From Podarcis melisellensis (lineage: Eukaryota), in the NCBI GenBank assembly GCA_964234715.1, contig OZ174285.1: a stretch of 64,000 nucleotides of DNA, one strand, 5' to 3'. The notes beneath the pieces are model-generated. The model was not told the DNA's origin and made no database searches. It saw only the letters and a program-made list of their open reading frames with translations. Made by a program: the position numbers and the translations under genes. Shown here one piece after another: positions 26,260-39,273 of this stretch. Position 1 is the stretch's first letter, and every line of letters begins with the position of its first letter.

Positions 26260-28114
26260 CTGAAATACCAAGTAATTTGAGCCATCTGAGATCCCTGTTT
26301 ATTACTACCTTACAAGTATAGTTTTGAAAAGGTTTTGACAGCACCTTACATAATGACAACAAATTTAACATAGATGCCAAAGAAAATAGCTAAACACCAT
26401 CATAAAAGCAATAATGTTAAACCCTTAAAAATGCATTCTTTTTTTAATTTAGCTTGTACAGTATAATCATAGCTGTACATTATGTAAGGTTATGGCAAAA
26501 CAAAATCTTGATATCATGCTATTATCATCTCAGATCAAGGCCTCTAATGCAAGGATTGTCCCCTGGAGATTGTGGACTACAACTTCCATCAGGCATGGCC
26601 AGCATGGGAGTTGTAGTTCAACAACCAAAAGAGGACTATAGGTTCTCCATATCTAGTCCAATGCATAACACAGGGCAGTGCCAAATATGAACTATAATAA
26701 ACAAAACTTCCATGTTCATAGACAGTGTAACTCTGAATACCTTATGCTGGGGACATACAACTGGGGAAGGACATGAAATTCATGCCCTGCTTGTGGGCTT
26801 CCAAAATGGATCTGTTTTTAGAAACACGACACTTGCTTAGATGGATCTTTGGTCTGATCCATCATCTCTCTTGTGTATACTAACATATTCAAAGCTCAAC
26901 AGAAACTGGATTTCATTCTCAATTATGGTATTATTTCTGGGATTCGTATGATGAAATATACATGACAGTTCAATTATCCCAAAGAGCTTCATATCTGAAT
27001 CTTCTCTGCTTATCAAGACTGAAAGGAAATGTAATTAGACAACCTGGGGAACTTTGAAGTGCAAATCAGTATATAATCTTCTAAATAAAGCTGGCTAATT
27101 AGCATCCATACTTCTAGACATGCAGACAGACACATGTCCCTAGGTTACAGACTGCAATCTATATGAAAAGAGAACACACAAAGACCACAAGATAAAAGTT
27201 ATGTAAGGTCCCAGAATGCAAAGGAATCTAATCAGTCATTTGGCAATGCTAGAAAGAAACCTTCTCTATCCATTATGTTTCCAGACAGAGATTAATCCCT
27301 ATTTGGTGGGTGGGATGTGGAAAGCACCTTTTGTTATACAAGATGGGCACTGACTGCTTCCACTGTGAATATAGGGCTGCACTCAGATGTGGGGTTTATT
27401 GCATTTTACTGGTTAAAATGCTGGTGATTCTATCTTGATTTGTAACATTCCTTTTACACTGCAGTGTCTTGTCGTGTCATAGAACTGGCTTTTTGATCAA
27501 TATACCACAATACTGCACCAAATCTTAAACAGTGAGAAAGAGCTGGATGCCAATATACTGCCCCAAATTTTGTCAATGATTCTCCATTGTTCAACACAGT
27601 GATGTATTTGGAAATGATGTGACACACTATAATCCTATGTCTTGCAAAGGGAGAAAAAGCAGTGACCCATGGCTTGGTGATTTGAATAGTTTCAACATAT
27701 TTTTTTCCACTAAGAGCAAGTATTTTGTTGAGGATCTTGCCATTTTTTTTATTTGATGGAAATAATGTCATTTGTTTACTAGCCTATTGTTTCTACTATG
27801 GCAATGTGGTATGGAGTCATTTACTAAGTTGACAAACTTACCTGGTTTGCAGCTACTTTTTTTTTTTGTCTATTCCTCTTGGCAGATCTATGTTCATAGT
27901 AAATGGAGCTTCTGGCATTAATCAGAAGCAGATTCTGCAATTTTGTTTGCCATGGGGGCAGATGAAAAAAGCAGCCACACAAGCAAATCAGTCATGTGTA
28001 CCATTGCTTAGTATAATTTCATACTATAAAGCATAATCTAGGTTAGTGGCATTTCAACATTCGTTTACATTCTACTGCTGGAAATCTAGCAAGTCTGGAA
28101 ATATATAGTCTTAC

Positions 28115-28724
28115 TTGACCGATGTTGGGCTCCTTCCACCAAAGTTACACGAAGCAGCTCTACAAAGAGAGATTCTGACTTCTCTGGTTCACTGTCATCC
28201 AGAATAGGGAGCTCTATGGTAGCCTCACTTTCATTGGCGGCAAAGATTACAAATCCTGAAATGGGCAAATAGTCTTGTTCCTGTCTTGCCCTGGCAACAT
28301 TTGATGGCAGATAGGGTGATTCTTCCTCATCCCCCATGGTTCTATATGTAACCATTACTACACCCAGGAGACCTTTTAACCTCACTATTGTAAGGGTGAT
28401 GGTCTTGGCTTCTTCCTCAACTTTGATTGGCCTGTTTTTCTCAGAGAAAATTAAAACTCCATAGGGGTCATCATTTGCAAGAATTGTTAATGTAGCATTG
28501 GTGTGGTTTCCAAGACGTCCACAGGAAGCGTTGATGATCCAAACTGAAAATGTCTTGTCTAGTTCTGGAATTTCATCAGGCAAGATCTGCACTGTTAGAT
28601 GTGCTTTTCTTTGCTCTATATTGAAAGTTATGTTGCCAGTAGTAGCTGCTAGATCATCAGTATCAGGCGGCACTATGAACCAATGCAAAGTTACCTGGGA
28701 CAAGGCACCATGGTTTCTGACAAC
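28115..28724 (-). CDS. ADGRV1: ADGRV1 exon ~28 (610 nt)
   Basis: VVRNHGALSQVTLHW...LVEGAQHRS; A|GTAAG donor. Confidence 0.96.
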
Positions 28725-30013
28725 CTGAAGAGCAAAAGGGTAAATTGTTATTGTTGCATTGTGAAGGTCAAAAAAACTTACTCTCAGAGTTGTTTATTCT
28801 GAGATGCTCCATGCCACATTACAGCACAGTAAACTGGATCCATGTTGGCCACTTAGGGGCAGCACAAGGAATTTGAGACAACCATGTCACAAACTCCAAA
28901 TCACTGAACACAACTGCCTTGCTTATGCAGGGTAGCTGAGTTAAGGCTGTCTGTGTTGTTTGCTGCAACCAGAACCTGATCTTTTTAAACTTAGCAGAAA
29001 CCTCCTCAATGTTGATGAGCAGCGGTGTGTAAAACTGCAGATTCTGCATATGGACCAAGGTGACACATTTAGAATGAGCAAACAGCAGCCACCACAAACA
29101 CAGGAACATGGTGCTTAATGCAGCTCAGATATACCCTCAGACATGCACAATCTTACCCTGTACATTGAATTTACCAGCCAAATCAGCCTTGCGGATCTAA
29201 CACATTGCCTCTTCCTCCCCTTGTTTTGACCCCTGACTTCTATGCAATGGTACAAATATTTAGCTCAATGCAAAAGAGGAAGATTCCTGATCTTTGAGTA
29301 TGTCATTCATGCAGATTTTCATAATGCTGAAGCTGCATCAGTGTGACTCCTTTTTGTAGCTATACTTCCTGCATTATACTTAAGCTGTAAAAGGAAATAG
29401 GATTTTAAAAATGGAGCCTGTTTTCTTTTCTTTTTTGCTTAGTATGCTCTTTCATGGAATCACATTAATACGTCCTGTCCCTCTTTCATCTAGGATTACT
29501 TCCACCCTAAAAAACAGAAAAACTGATTCACCAGTATAGATTCACCACACAGCCTAAAACTCTTCCTCTGCCTTCTATATCTGTGTTGTCATAGAAGGTC
29601 TGTTCACATATTAGACATGGCAGGCCTCCACAGAGTAGTGTTGTGCTTACAAAGGTCTGAGAAATTGAAAACCATCGTAGGCACAGCATCCAGATGGGTA
29701 TCTCAGTTTATACAATCCTTTTCTCTAGATAATCAAAGTCATGATATGATAACCTGGAGGCCAATGTATCTTGCAAACAGAGTGAACCAGAGTATCAGTC
29801 AAACCAGAGAGCTTGCTGTGGGTGAGTCAGAAATCAGATATGCAGCTTTGCCCCAGCCAGTCCCTACGACTCAGATCCCACCCCCAGAATCAGGTGTTCC
29901 TGCCAACTAAATAAATTTTATTTTTTGCAAAATTACACAAAGCTCCCCAGCCCTGCTCTAGAGATAGCATGGTTAAATGGGATGCCATGTCTTGTAAACT
30001 CAAACTTCTTGAC

Positions 30014-30153
30014 CTCAAGCGTGACTGTTCCACCTCCATCCTCAGGTTCAGATCCATTGACAGAAAGGGATTCGGCACTGAATTCAAATACACCATGAGC
30101 ATCATCAGAGGCTTCAATAGTGACTATGATGTGAGATGCTATTCCCAGGCTGG
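30014..30153 (-). CDS. ADGRV1: ADGRV1 exon ~27 (140 nt)
   Basis: ASLGIASHIIVTIEASDDAHGVFEF...TVTLE; GAG|GTCAAG donor. Confidence 0.93.
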
Positions 30154-30409
30154 CTGTTGATACAAAGGGGGTGGGGAATGATTTACACAATATCTGAAAA
30201 GGCACAGATGAAAATCTGAAATGGCAAACTCTTGAATGAATCAATTATTTCAATCAATGTGTGGAATGGTCAATGGGAATCCTGTACTTTACAAATTCTA
30301 ATAAAATAATTTTTTGTTCTTCCTAACAGCATCAAAGTTAGCATTTGAATATGACATCCAATTGACTTAGGGTAGCTGTTCTCCCTCCCGCCGTTTCCCA
30401 ATGTAATTA

Positions 30410-30659
30410 CAGTGGAACCTCGGAAGCCGAACACCTGTAAACTCAAACGTTTCAGCTCCTAAACGATCGAAAACCAGAAGTGATTGTTCCGGATTTCGAA
30501 TAATTTTTGGAAGCCGAATGTCCAGCGCAGCTTCTGTGGCTTCTGATTGGCTGCAGGACGCTCCTGCAGCCAATTAGAAGCCGCGCCTTGAAAGTCGAAT
30601 GTTTTGGAAGTTGAACAGACTTCTGGAATGGATTCTGTTCAACTTCGAAGGTACGTCTG
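30410..30659. mobile_element. Tc1/mariner-type MITE (related to 4913-5148)
   Basis: TA-CAGTGGAACCTCG start, shared GGAAG(C/T)(C/T)GAA internal units, degenerate 3' TIR. Confidence 0.82.
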
Positions 30660-31982
30660 TCTTAAAAACATGATTTAACAGAGATTTAGGCTGTAAACCT
30701 GCTTATACTTGCATGGGTTATAGGTCGTTATCCAGACTTGCAACTAAAAAAAATGTATAGGTTTGTTCTTTTAGGCTTATAATTACCAGTCTAAATGAAA
30801 ACAAGTCACCTTCAGACCTTTACATGCTAAATACGTCACGGTCAGGAGTGGAGGAAGCAGACCCAGCAATGTTTGCATGGGGTCAACGTGAGGGACCCCC
30901 TTCCGTCTACACACGTTTGCCTTCCCTTGTCCAGGCTGAATACCTGAAGAGGGCTCTCCTTTTTTTACATTTATCCAATCATACATTTACAAAGCTGTTG
31001 GCCATAGCACTATTGAACAGCATTTTGTTTTTAATAGCTTGGGGGGGCTGCTTTTGAAGAATTATACTGCAAAAACGAATTAACAGTATGAAACAAAACA
31101 AAAATGACACAATCAATACAGGTACTGTCAATCTAAGAAAAAACACAGAGAGAAGTGGTAAAAACTTGCATTTTTGAGTTTTTTAAAAAGGTTTGGGAAA
31201 GTAGAGAAGATAAGCTATCATGAAAATGGAGGAAAGGATCACTGGAGAGAAGACAACAGGGAGGGGAAAACAATACACCAGATTAAGTGTTTTAATTAGA
31301 GTTAAATAAGGAAGGGGTTTTTGTTGGCATTTTATCTTAAAAATCCATGAAGGAATTATATTCCTAAAAGGAAGTGATAATGTTGTCCTGAAAATGGATT
31401 TCATGGGAACATGTTCCTCCAAGTTAACTTGCTAGGTTAACTTCTCCTACTGTTGCTTTACATCTGCCTCCTGACATAACTAGGAAAGCATGAAATTTTA
31501 AAACAACAAGACAACATGATCAAAGCACTTCTGAATATGTGTGATTAGTTTTAGACTAGAATACTTGAAAAAAACAAACCAGTCAAAATCAGGTACTCTG
31601 TATCAGCACAGATTTTCAGCTACTGTATCAAACTACTAGTTTCAAATTATATTTTACTTTGAAATGTGACAATTATTCAGAGTAAGTCTAAGAAGAAGTT
31701 ATAACAGGTCAAATGCAACCCAACCTGTAAACTGATGCAGATTTTGGAAGCGGGTCCTACTGAAGACAGTGGGACAATTCCAAGAAAAACATGATCAGAC
31801 TTATAAGGTGATACTTGGTAGAAAGGAATAACACAAAATAATTATTAATTACAAAAAAAAGTCAGTGAGCTGAATCACTGAAGAAAAAAAAACACCCCCA
31901 ACTATCTCATGGAAAACACCATGGCAAGGTATGTCAGTTATGGCAAAACATTTCAGTAGTCAATTCAGAATAAGCAGCTTAC

Positions 31983-32060
31983 CACGTTGATGGACAGCAG
32001 GAAGGAAGAAGTCCAAGTCCCCATCACCACTACCACTGGCTTCATTAAAGAGCTCAGCAA
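31983..32060 (-). CDS. ADGRV1: ADGRV1 exon ~26 (78 nt, symmetric phase 1-1)
   Basis: Manual translation VAELFNEASGSGDGDLDFFLPAVHQR, similar to recalled human VAELFRVDGSGSGDGDMEFFLPTIHKR; AAG acceptor, G|GTAAG donor. Confidence 0.9.
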
Positions 32061-32670
32061 CTTCAAGGACACACACAGAAATACACAAATATACATACAC
32101 ATACATAAAAGGGAGGAGAGAAAAAGCACTTTAACACAACTCTGGAGAAAAAACAAATGAAGAAGATATTCCTGACAAACTTTAAAAGGCTTTGCAAGCT
32201 TACAGAAGACAGGAGACACATACTATTCATTTATTTCACCCAGCTGTGGGTACTGAGGCATCAGTGACAGATACTTGATATTTTAGAAGTGGAAGAGAAT
32301 ATAAGTTTGAAATGACAGAGCCCATAAACAAAAGAGACTGCTGCAAACTTAGTAGGATAATGGGTGCTGTAAAAGCCAATAACACAAATGCACACAAGAA
32401 AGGATTTAATTAATTAGCTTGCTTTTAAGTACGTTGCTTTTCTGCTTCTTTAAGAAATCCCTCCCCTAATGCTTTTAGGTACTGAATGTTAAGTTTATTC
32501 AAAGTGGCGCCTACAGAAAAGAACCTATTCTTGAAGAGAAGCAACATGAGCATTCCTGCAAAAGAAGTTCATGGTGCTCCAAGCTCTTATACAAGCACAA
32601 CAGCAGAACTTAACAGTGAGCAATAAGCAGTAATTTCAGCTCTGGGTGATGCTAAAATGAACATGGCAAC

Positions 32671-32860
32671 TAGAGTAGAAGCTCACTGGTAGAGCACTTG
32701 GTTTGCATACAGAAGGCCTCAGGTTCAAACCTTGGCATCTCCGGGAAGGGCTGGGAGAGATGCCTGCCTGAAACCCTGGAGGGCTGCTGCCAGTCAGTGT
32801 AGACAAAACTGAGTTAGATGGCCCAATGTTTGGACTCAGTATAACGTTCTGTTGTTCCTC
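32671..32860 (+). mobile_element. tRNA-derived SINE
   Basis: A-box-like AGCTCACTGGTAGAGCA, B-box-like GGTTCAAAC; body CCTGAAACCCTGGAGGGCTGCTGCCAGTCAGTGTAGAC. Confidence 0.8.
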
Positions 32861-33180
32861 CTATGACTTCATATAATTTCATATCTCCCACCATTTAAAA
32901 GAATTGCACTAAGGTAAACCATTAGGTGGCAATGATCTCATGCTACCTGCCGTGTTCAGCCATTCCAACTTTCTATGGAACACTGCTCTGTGTTCAGCAA
33001 CAATGTTGATATGCAATGGACAAAAGAATATTAGAGATTAGTACTCTACATGGGGGGGGGTTGAATTTTTGGAAACTTTTGAAATATCAAGTTTCTACGA
33101 ATGGTCTAGGTATAATAAACTTTCCAAAAAAAACAACCTAACATGTACATGTGGAGAAAAGCAGATCTATGAACCTGTAC

Positions 33181-33310
33181 CTGCTCCATCCGGATTCAGC
33201 AGTTCCACTTTAAAAGCCTTTTCCAGCTCAGGGATAGAATTATCTGTAATGTTAACGATAATGTACTTGTATCTTTCTCCTGGCAGAAATTCCAAGGTGC
33301 CTGTAATACC
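33181..33310 (-). CDS. ADGRV1: ADGRV1 exon ~25 (130 nt)
   Basis: Manual translation GITGTLEFLPGERYKYIIVNITDNSIPELEKAFKVELLNPDGA; G|GTAC donor. Confidence 0.93.
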
Positions 33311-34237
33311 CTGCAGTAAAAAGGCTATTTATACTTTTGCTTAAAACTTGCCATTGTATCAGTATGAGTTTACTGATAAAAGAGAAATAATCAGAAATAA
33401 ACATTACACAGACACTATTATTTATACAAGCTTGCTTTTATCAGAGCATATATGCCATGCTGACAAGAGAAGCCAAGCAGGAGGAAGCAGTGATGTAGAC
33501 ATGGCCTCCGGACCGCAGCATCGCTACATAACAACTCAGTGAGGCAGGAAGGACAGCATAGAGGTTTGAGTGGGTTGGGCACATGCCTAAACCATCCCTG
33601 ACCTCACCACCCTAGTCTGCCCCCTGCGCTCTGGTACACAATAACACCAGGAGGCCAGGTCCACAGGATCCCTCCCCACTGGCTGCTCCTGCACCCCCAA
33701 CACATTTGAGAGATTATTAGGAGGCTTACTAAAATCCACAGGACAATTGGTGGGTTCTGATAGTCCCCACCCCTTGCCTGCCAAATCACACTTTGATTTG
33801 ATTGAATATTTGTATGTCCCTTTTTCTAGAAACCAAGCTCAGCTCAAAGCAGCTCACAACAGTAAAGCATTAACAGATAAAAGCAGCATTTCCTAATACA
33901 GAAAAATATATACAATAAGGATATAATAAATAAAACAATAAAGGTAGAAAAACAAACAGTGAAATATGACTCAATGATACTAGATATACGTTAGCAGAAA
34001 AAGAAACTCTTACAAGATATATGCCAGAAATGTCAATCAGCCTTGCAGCCATAAATAAATAAATAAATCTCCCCCCAAACCATCGCCCCACTGCCTCACC
34101 CAGAAGGCACACACTTCCCTTCTCCAAAAGGCTGTCCTCCCGAGACAGAAACCAGTTCTCGGAATTCAGCTGTAATGGTGAATGAACTGTGGCTCCACAA
34201 TATGCTGGCTGTACTACATAAAGGTTAGGCATCCTTC

Positions 34238-34290
34238 TTTCCTCCCTTCCTCCCTCCCTCCCTCCCTCCCTCCCTCCCTCCCTCCTTCCT
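34238..34290. repeat. (CCCT)n / CT-rich microsatellite
   Basis: Direct reading. Confidence 0.9.
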
Positions 34291-34673
34291 TTAAAGCAGC
34301 AAGCAAATTGCATGGACAATAAGAAGCTTCTGAAATTGCTTCAGATGCCCAGGGACATGTGCAATGCAGTCAATCAAACCACCTCATGGGTATCATCATT
34401 CATAGTATCCAGGGCACAGAACAAGTTTGAGTGTGGCATGAATGACTCCCTGTAACAGGAGTGGAGGCTCCATGGAATCTCCAAATTGGCACTCGCACCT
34501 GCTTGGACTCTGGACTGTAAATACTGCCTTTTGTTCATGTCCTGATCAAAAGTTACATACAATTATTACTTTTAAAAGCTCCTGATTGAAGATCATACAT
34601 TGGATGCACAACAGCAACAGAGAGAGCAAGAGCTGATTCGTATCTGTCACTTCTTTTAGTCAGCTATTCGTAC

Positions 34674-34876
34674 CTGATAATCTTGAGGACTGAATGCTGT
34701 CAGTGAAACCGTTTTGTATTGTACAAGAACCATTCCTAGCAGGCCTTGTGCTCGAACCACGAGCAACCTGACATGTCCAATTTCTTCATTGACAGTAATG
34801 TGGGGAGCTGTGGTAGCTGGAAGAATTATGTCATCAATGTCCACTGGAGGCTCCCCCACTGAGAACTGCAACAAAC
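34674..34876 (-). CDS. ADGRV1: ADGRV1 exon ~24 (203 nt)
   Basis: GLLQFSVGEPP...TAFSPQDYQ. Confidence 0.95.
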
Positions 34877-35031
34877 CTGGTGGAGACAAGATACAACTCT
34901 CATCATTCTATCTGCAGTGAAACAAAGTTGCTAGACTATAATGCTGTTTGGGATTTTTAAATATTTTATTGCTGTAGTAAACATCTTAAGAGTAATCTAA
35001 ACATGAATAATATATTATCTATCACCATTAC

Positions 35032-35212
35032 CATAAGGGTGGTCACTGGCTTTGATGGTAACAAAGGTAGTTTCTTTCTCTGGATCTATGCTTGCTCCAC
35101 TAGTTGGGGTTGAACCTATTTTTCCATCCCCTGCAACAGCAGACACTAAAGTCACCTGGAAATATTCATTCAGCTCAGGAATATCATCATCAAGCACAAA
35201 CAAATTCAAAAC
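35032..35212 (-). CDS. ADGRV1: ADGRV1 exon ~23 (181 nt)
   Basis: VLNLFVLDDDIPELNEYF...KASDHPY. Confidence 0.95.
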
Positions 35213-35576
35213 CTGGATACAAAGAAGATACAAATTAAATGAAAATGATTGCATTGAGAAATACAAATATGTTGTTGCAATGGTTAATAATAACTGGCCT
35301 TTTCCTGTCTTAAAAAACACATTTATAGTCCTCCAAGCAGATTATTTCATACACTGCAGAGAAAGCCAATACAGTCCCATCCCAATATTGTTGGGCTACG
35401 ACTCCCATCATTCCTGGGCATTGGCCAATGCTTGCTGGAGCTGATGGAACAACTTTTGGAGGGCATCATGTTGGCTAATCCTCACTTACAAGACACAAGA
35501 CTGAATAATATATACAGGAAAAGAAAATGTTCAAAGACTCAGCAGATCATTAACTTCAACAAGAAGATGGATTTAC

Positions 35577-35753
35577 CTCTGATCTCTGCAAAGGGAGGAA
35601 TGTGATCATTCCACTAGTGTTAGCAAAATCAGCAACTGAGTAATTAATGCCATCAGAATTGATCTGGGAGATACTATAATGCACAAAAACATAGTCCAGA
35701 GCTCCCCTGGTGCGCTCCACTACACAGGATATTGTAGAACCTTCATCAGCCAC
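35577..35753 (-). CDS. ADGRV1: ADGRV1 exon ~22 (177 nt)
   Basis: VADEGSTISCVVERTRGALD...LPLQRSE. Confidence 0.95.
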
Positions 35754-36094
35754 CTATAAGGAAATAAGAAGGCTTACAATAAAGTAAAATATTAAGGAAA
35801 CAGAAAGCTATTTGTTCCGAGGTTTGCATAAAAAGGTGACATCATTTTACACTTGTGATATTCAAAACAATAAAATTTATTTCTGAAACAATCTAAGTTT
35901 GTTCATATAAAAGGGGGGAGCCCAAAAATATAACTTAAATAGCTATTTTGAGTCATTAGGTAGTGGAAGAGCTTCTGCTACTCCTGCCTTCATTCCTCAT
36001 CATGCTATTGTCTATATCATATTCTCAAATCCTTTACAGAATCACAACACCTTAAGTTTCTTGTGCAGTCTGCTACCAGTTAACAATGTAGTTA

Positions 36095-37155
36095 TTTATT
36101 TGATTTATATCCTGCCTTTCCTCCAGGGACCTCAAGGCAATATGTGAGGTCACACCCACCTTGTATTCTCACAATAACCCCGTGAGGTAAGTTAGGCTGA
36201 GAGATGGTGATTGGGTAGCACTCTAAGCATTACACCACACTGGTTCCTCCAGTCACTGCTGCTCCTTATAAAGTCCTCTGCAGCTTATTAAAGCTCAGCT
36301 TCATACAATGATAAGGCATTTGGGTTGCTACACACACACAACCACAACCACTCAAGTCTTTTTGGTTGATGCTCCATGTGACTGTTGGAACATATGGCAG
36401 TAGCTGATTACATATTTCATCCCTGCAAGTATCTGAATAACTGAAGCATCATTTCCCCCAAGATGATGTATTGCTGGTATGAAGGATTTTCAGGCAACAA
36501 GACCAATATACATTATCCGTAATTTACAAGTGGGTATTAAATTGCAAGTTCTTTAGTTAGACACTTTATCACTTCTCCTCTTTATTGCTATCCCTAGATT
36601 ATTATAATAATTACAGTCCTTAATCTTTTATAACATCTTAAGAGTGTTCAAAAAATTTCACATACATCATCTCAATCATTCTTACAACAGCTCTCTTAAG
36701 TAGGTCAATGTCATTATTCCTGTATTGCAGATAACAGGATGAGACTGGGAGAAAAATAAGGCCACCTAGTGAGTTGGTGGTTGAGGTGAGATTTGAAATA
36801 AGGGGTGTTGTGCAACTATGTTTTACTCAGGGTAGACCTACTGAAATTAGTCATTGCCATTAAATTTAATGCATCTACTCTAAGTAAAACATAGCTCACA
36901 CTGTTACACATCAGGTCTTAGGCATTCTTGAGCTTCATTTATCTTTGTTGTTGTTGCTATAATACTACAATTCTATCAAGCTCAATGTGGCAAACATGGT
37001 TCTGCCCATTTCCCCCCATTTTGATCCTCACAGCAAAACCTCTGAAGTAGCTCAGGCTGAGAGGGAGTGACTGGTCCAAGGTCATACAATGAGTTCTACA
37101 GCTGAATTAGGATTTGAACCTGGATCTCCCATGCCTTAGTCTAGCATTCTAACTA
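36095..37155 (-). mobile_element. Cluster of three degraded CORE/MIR-like SINE fragments (about 36095-36245, 36650-36800, 37010-37155)
   Basis: TCCTCACAA...GTGAGGTA...GCTGAGAGA...CCAAGGTCA...GGATTTGAACC core motifs. Confidence 0.65.
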
Positions 37156-37166
37156 CCATTTCCTAC

Positions 37167-37540
37167 CTCCGGAATGCATGCTCCTGTAAAACCAAATAGA
37201 CCATTGGCATTATCGCTCTTCTGGATTCTCAATGTTCCAGTTGTGTTTTCTTGTGAAATTCGTGCTCCCCCATGAACAGAAATAAGCTTAAGAATAAACA
37301 GTTCCTCTCCTTCTTCTTCTTTGTCATCTCTGGCTGAAACAATGAATGTTTTATTGGTTTCTCCCTGTCGGTATTCTAGGTATCCAGAGATGGGGTGCAA
37401 GTCAGCCCTTGCTGGAGTGGCATGAAGTTCATAAATTTCTTCTTTACTCAGTTTTTGTTCATAAAGTCTTACATCTTGCATCAGCCCTGTGTACCTGCTG
37501 CTACCATTCATACCGGCACCAACTCTTATTATTCCTGGAC
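37167..37540 (-). CDS. ADGRV1: ADGRV1 exon ~21 (374 nt)
   Basis: PGIIRVGAG...YTGLMQDVRLYEQKL...GFTGACIPE; GAG|GTAGG donor. Confidence 0.96.
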
Positions 37541-38529
37541 CTAGAAAAAGAAACACAAATGTAAATTGATTTTCATACCTGAAAGGTGATTAAAAATGCC
37601 CTTCTTCTCCCATATATGCACCAGATCAAATGCCACCCTTTTTAAAAGTCCCTTTATTGGGATGGATGAATTCGATACTGTGCTCCTCTACATTTGTTGA
37701 ATGATAATCATTCATGTTGTATTTCATCACATAAAATAGAATGTTTCCCTTTGATGTATGCTATGCTTTCATTGTATATAAATTACATTCAAACCACAGT
37801 TCAAAGCAGCTCAAAAGAGTGCTACTTTGCTGTTGTGCTTCAATATAAAAGAGTTGATATATTGATGACTGCAAAAAACCAACAACCTGCAGGTGCTACA
37901 GGAAACAATGGTTTGATCCTAGCTGGGTTTGTCTAGCCACAGTTAGAACAGGACTAAGTTATGGAATTTGGACATGATGAGGAACTGTGGTTTGTTCAAA
38001 GAGGGAAGGGGAAGCTTTCAGTCTGCTTGTGCATGTGAGAAGGAGGATAAGCCATGGTTTCCCATTTTTTCTGAATCAGGCCAGTGGCAAAAGATACAAT
38101 GCAATATTATACAAACAAATGTTCATGCCACTTCCAAGGCTGATTAGCACACCTGCTTCTAGCAAACTAGACATGTCTATGCAGTTTGTGATCGAGAATA
38201 GAGATATGCATGCAGGAATGGTTGCTGAATGGTCCTGGAGAACTGAAGTCGACATTAATGTTATATATTTATATTATATTTTTAAGTATGTGAACAATCA
38301 CTGTATGCTATATCCTGTCACTGGCTTGTACAACAACAAAAAACACACAGAGAGATTTAATATTATTTTTTGCAAGTATGTTGCTAGATTTCCTGCACAA
38401 GAAAAAAATATTTAACAACTGTAAATGATTCCAGTAACTGGAATATGTTGTTTTTTTCCCTGAATGGAGTTTGGACCTGTCAAATTCCAGATATAAAAGA
38501 GAAAGGTTGATACATGACATATTGCTTAC

Positions 38530-39273
38530 CATCAGCAATTGCTTCTCCTTTGAGGCTCTTGATGCCTCCAGCCACAGGACTTCCATCAATGAAAAACTCA
38601 ATTATGCCATCATCCAGTGTAATCAGAAGGTGGAGCCAAATGTTTTCCTCTAGGTATTTCATGACTGTGATCTTAGCCACATATGTCACGTTTGACGGCT
38701 GCGGCATGTAATGAAGCCTTACAGAAACATGAGATTCATTTGTGTGGACTTTCACTCCGTAATACATTGTCCCACTGCCATCATCCTTCGCCAAGAGAAA
38801 TCCATCACTATTGGCACTAGGAATCACCCATGCTGAAAATGTGAATTTGGCAAGTGTTCTGTTCTTACTGATGTGGAACTCGGGTTCAATGACCCCAAAC
38901 GCATCCTCTTCACCACTAAAAAACAAAGCATCTGTTCCAGTGTGATGACGTCGCATGTGAGGCTGTGACTGCACCACATTTGAAAACCTTCCCAGCAACA
39001 AGCAATCAATCATTGGAGGTAACCCTTCTTTGAATGTACTGGATACTATTTCCCAGCCAATCCGGACATCTCCAAATGTTCCCTGCTGCCTCAAAACTGT
39101 AAAGTTGGTAATGTGGGACATATCATCTTCAGACAGTACATCTTCTGCTATCTCCCTCTCCTGGCTTTTGGGATCTAGGATAAAGACTCCAAAGGGATCG
39201 TCATTGAATGGGATCATCACAGTGACAGAAAGGTTGGTTTCAGCTAACTGACCACCAGGACCTGGGAAACCAC
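38530..39273 (-). CDS. ADGRV1: ADGRV1 exon ~20 (744 nt), includes most of the LamG/pentraxin domain
   Basis: GFPGPGGQLAETNL...FTFSAWV...WLHLLITLDDGIIEFFIDG...EAIAD; G|GTAAG donor. Confidence 0.97.
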
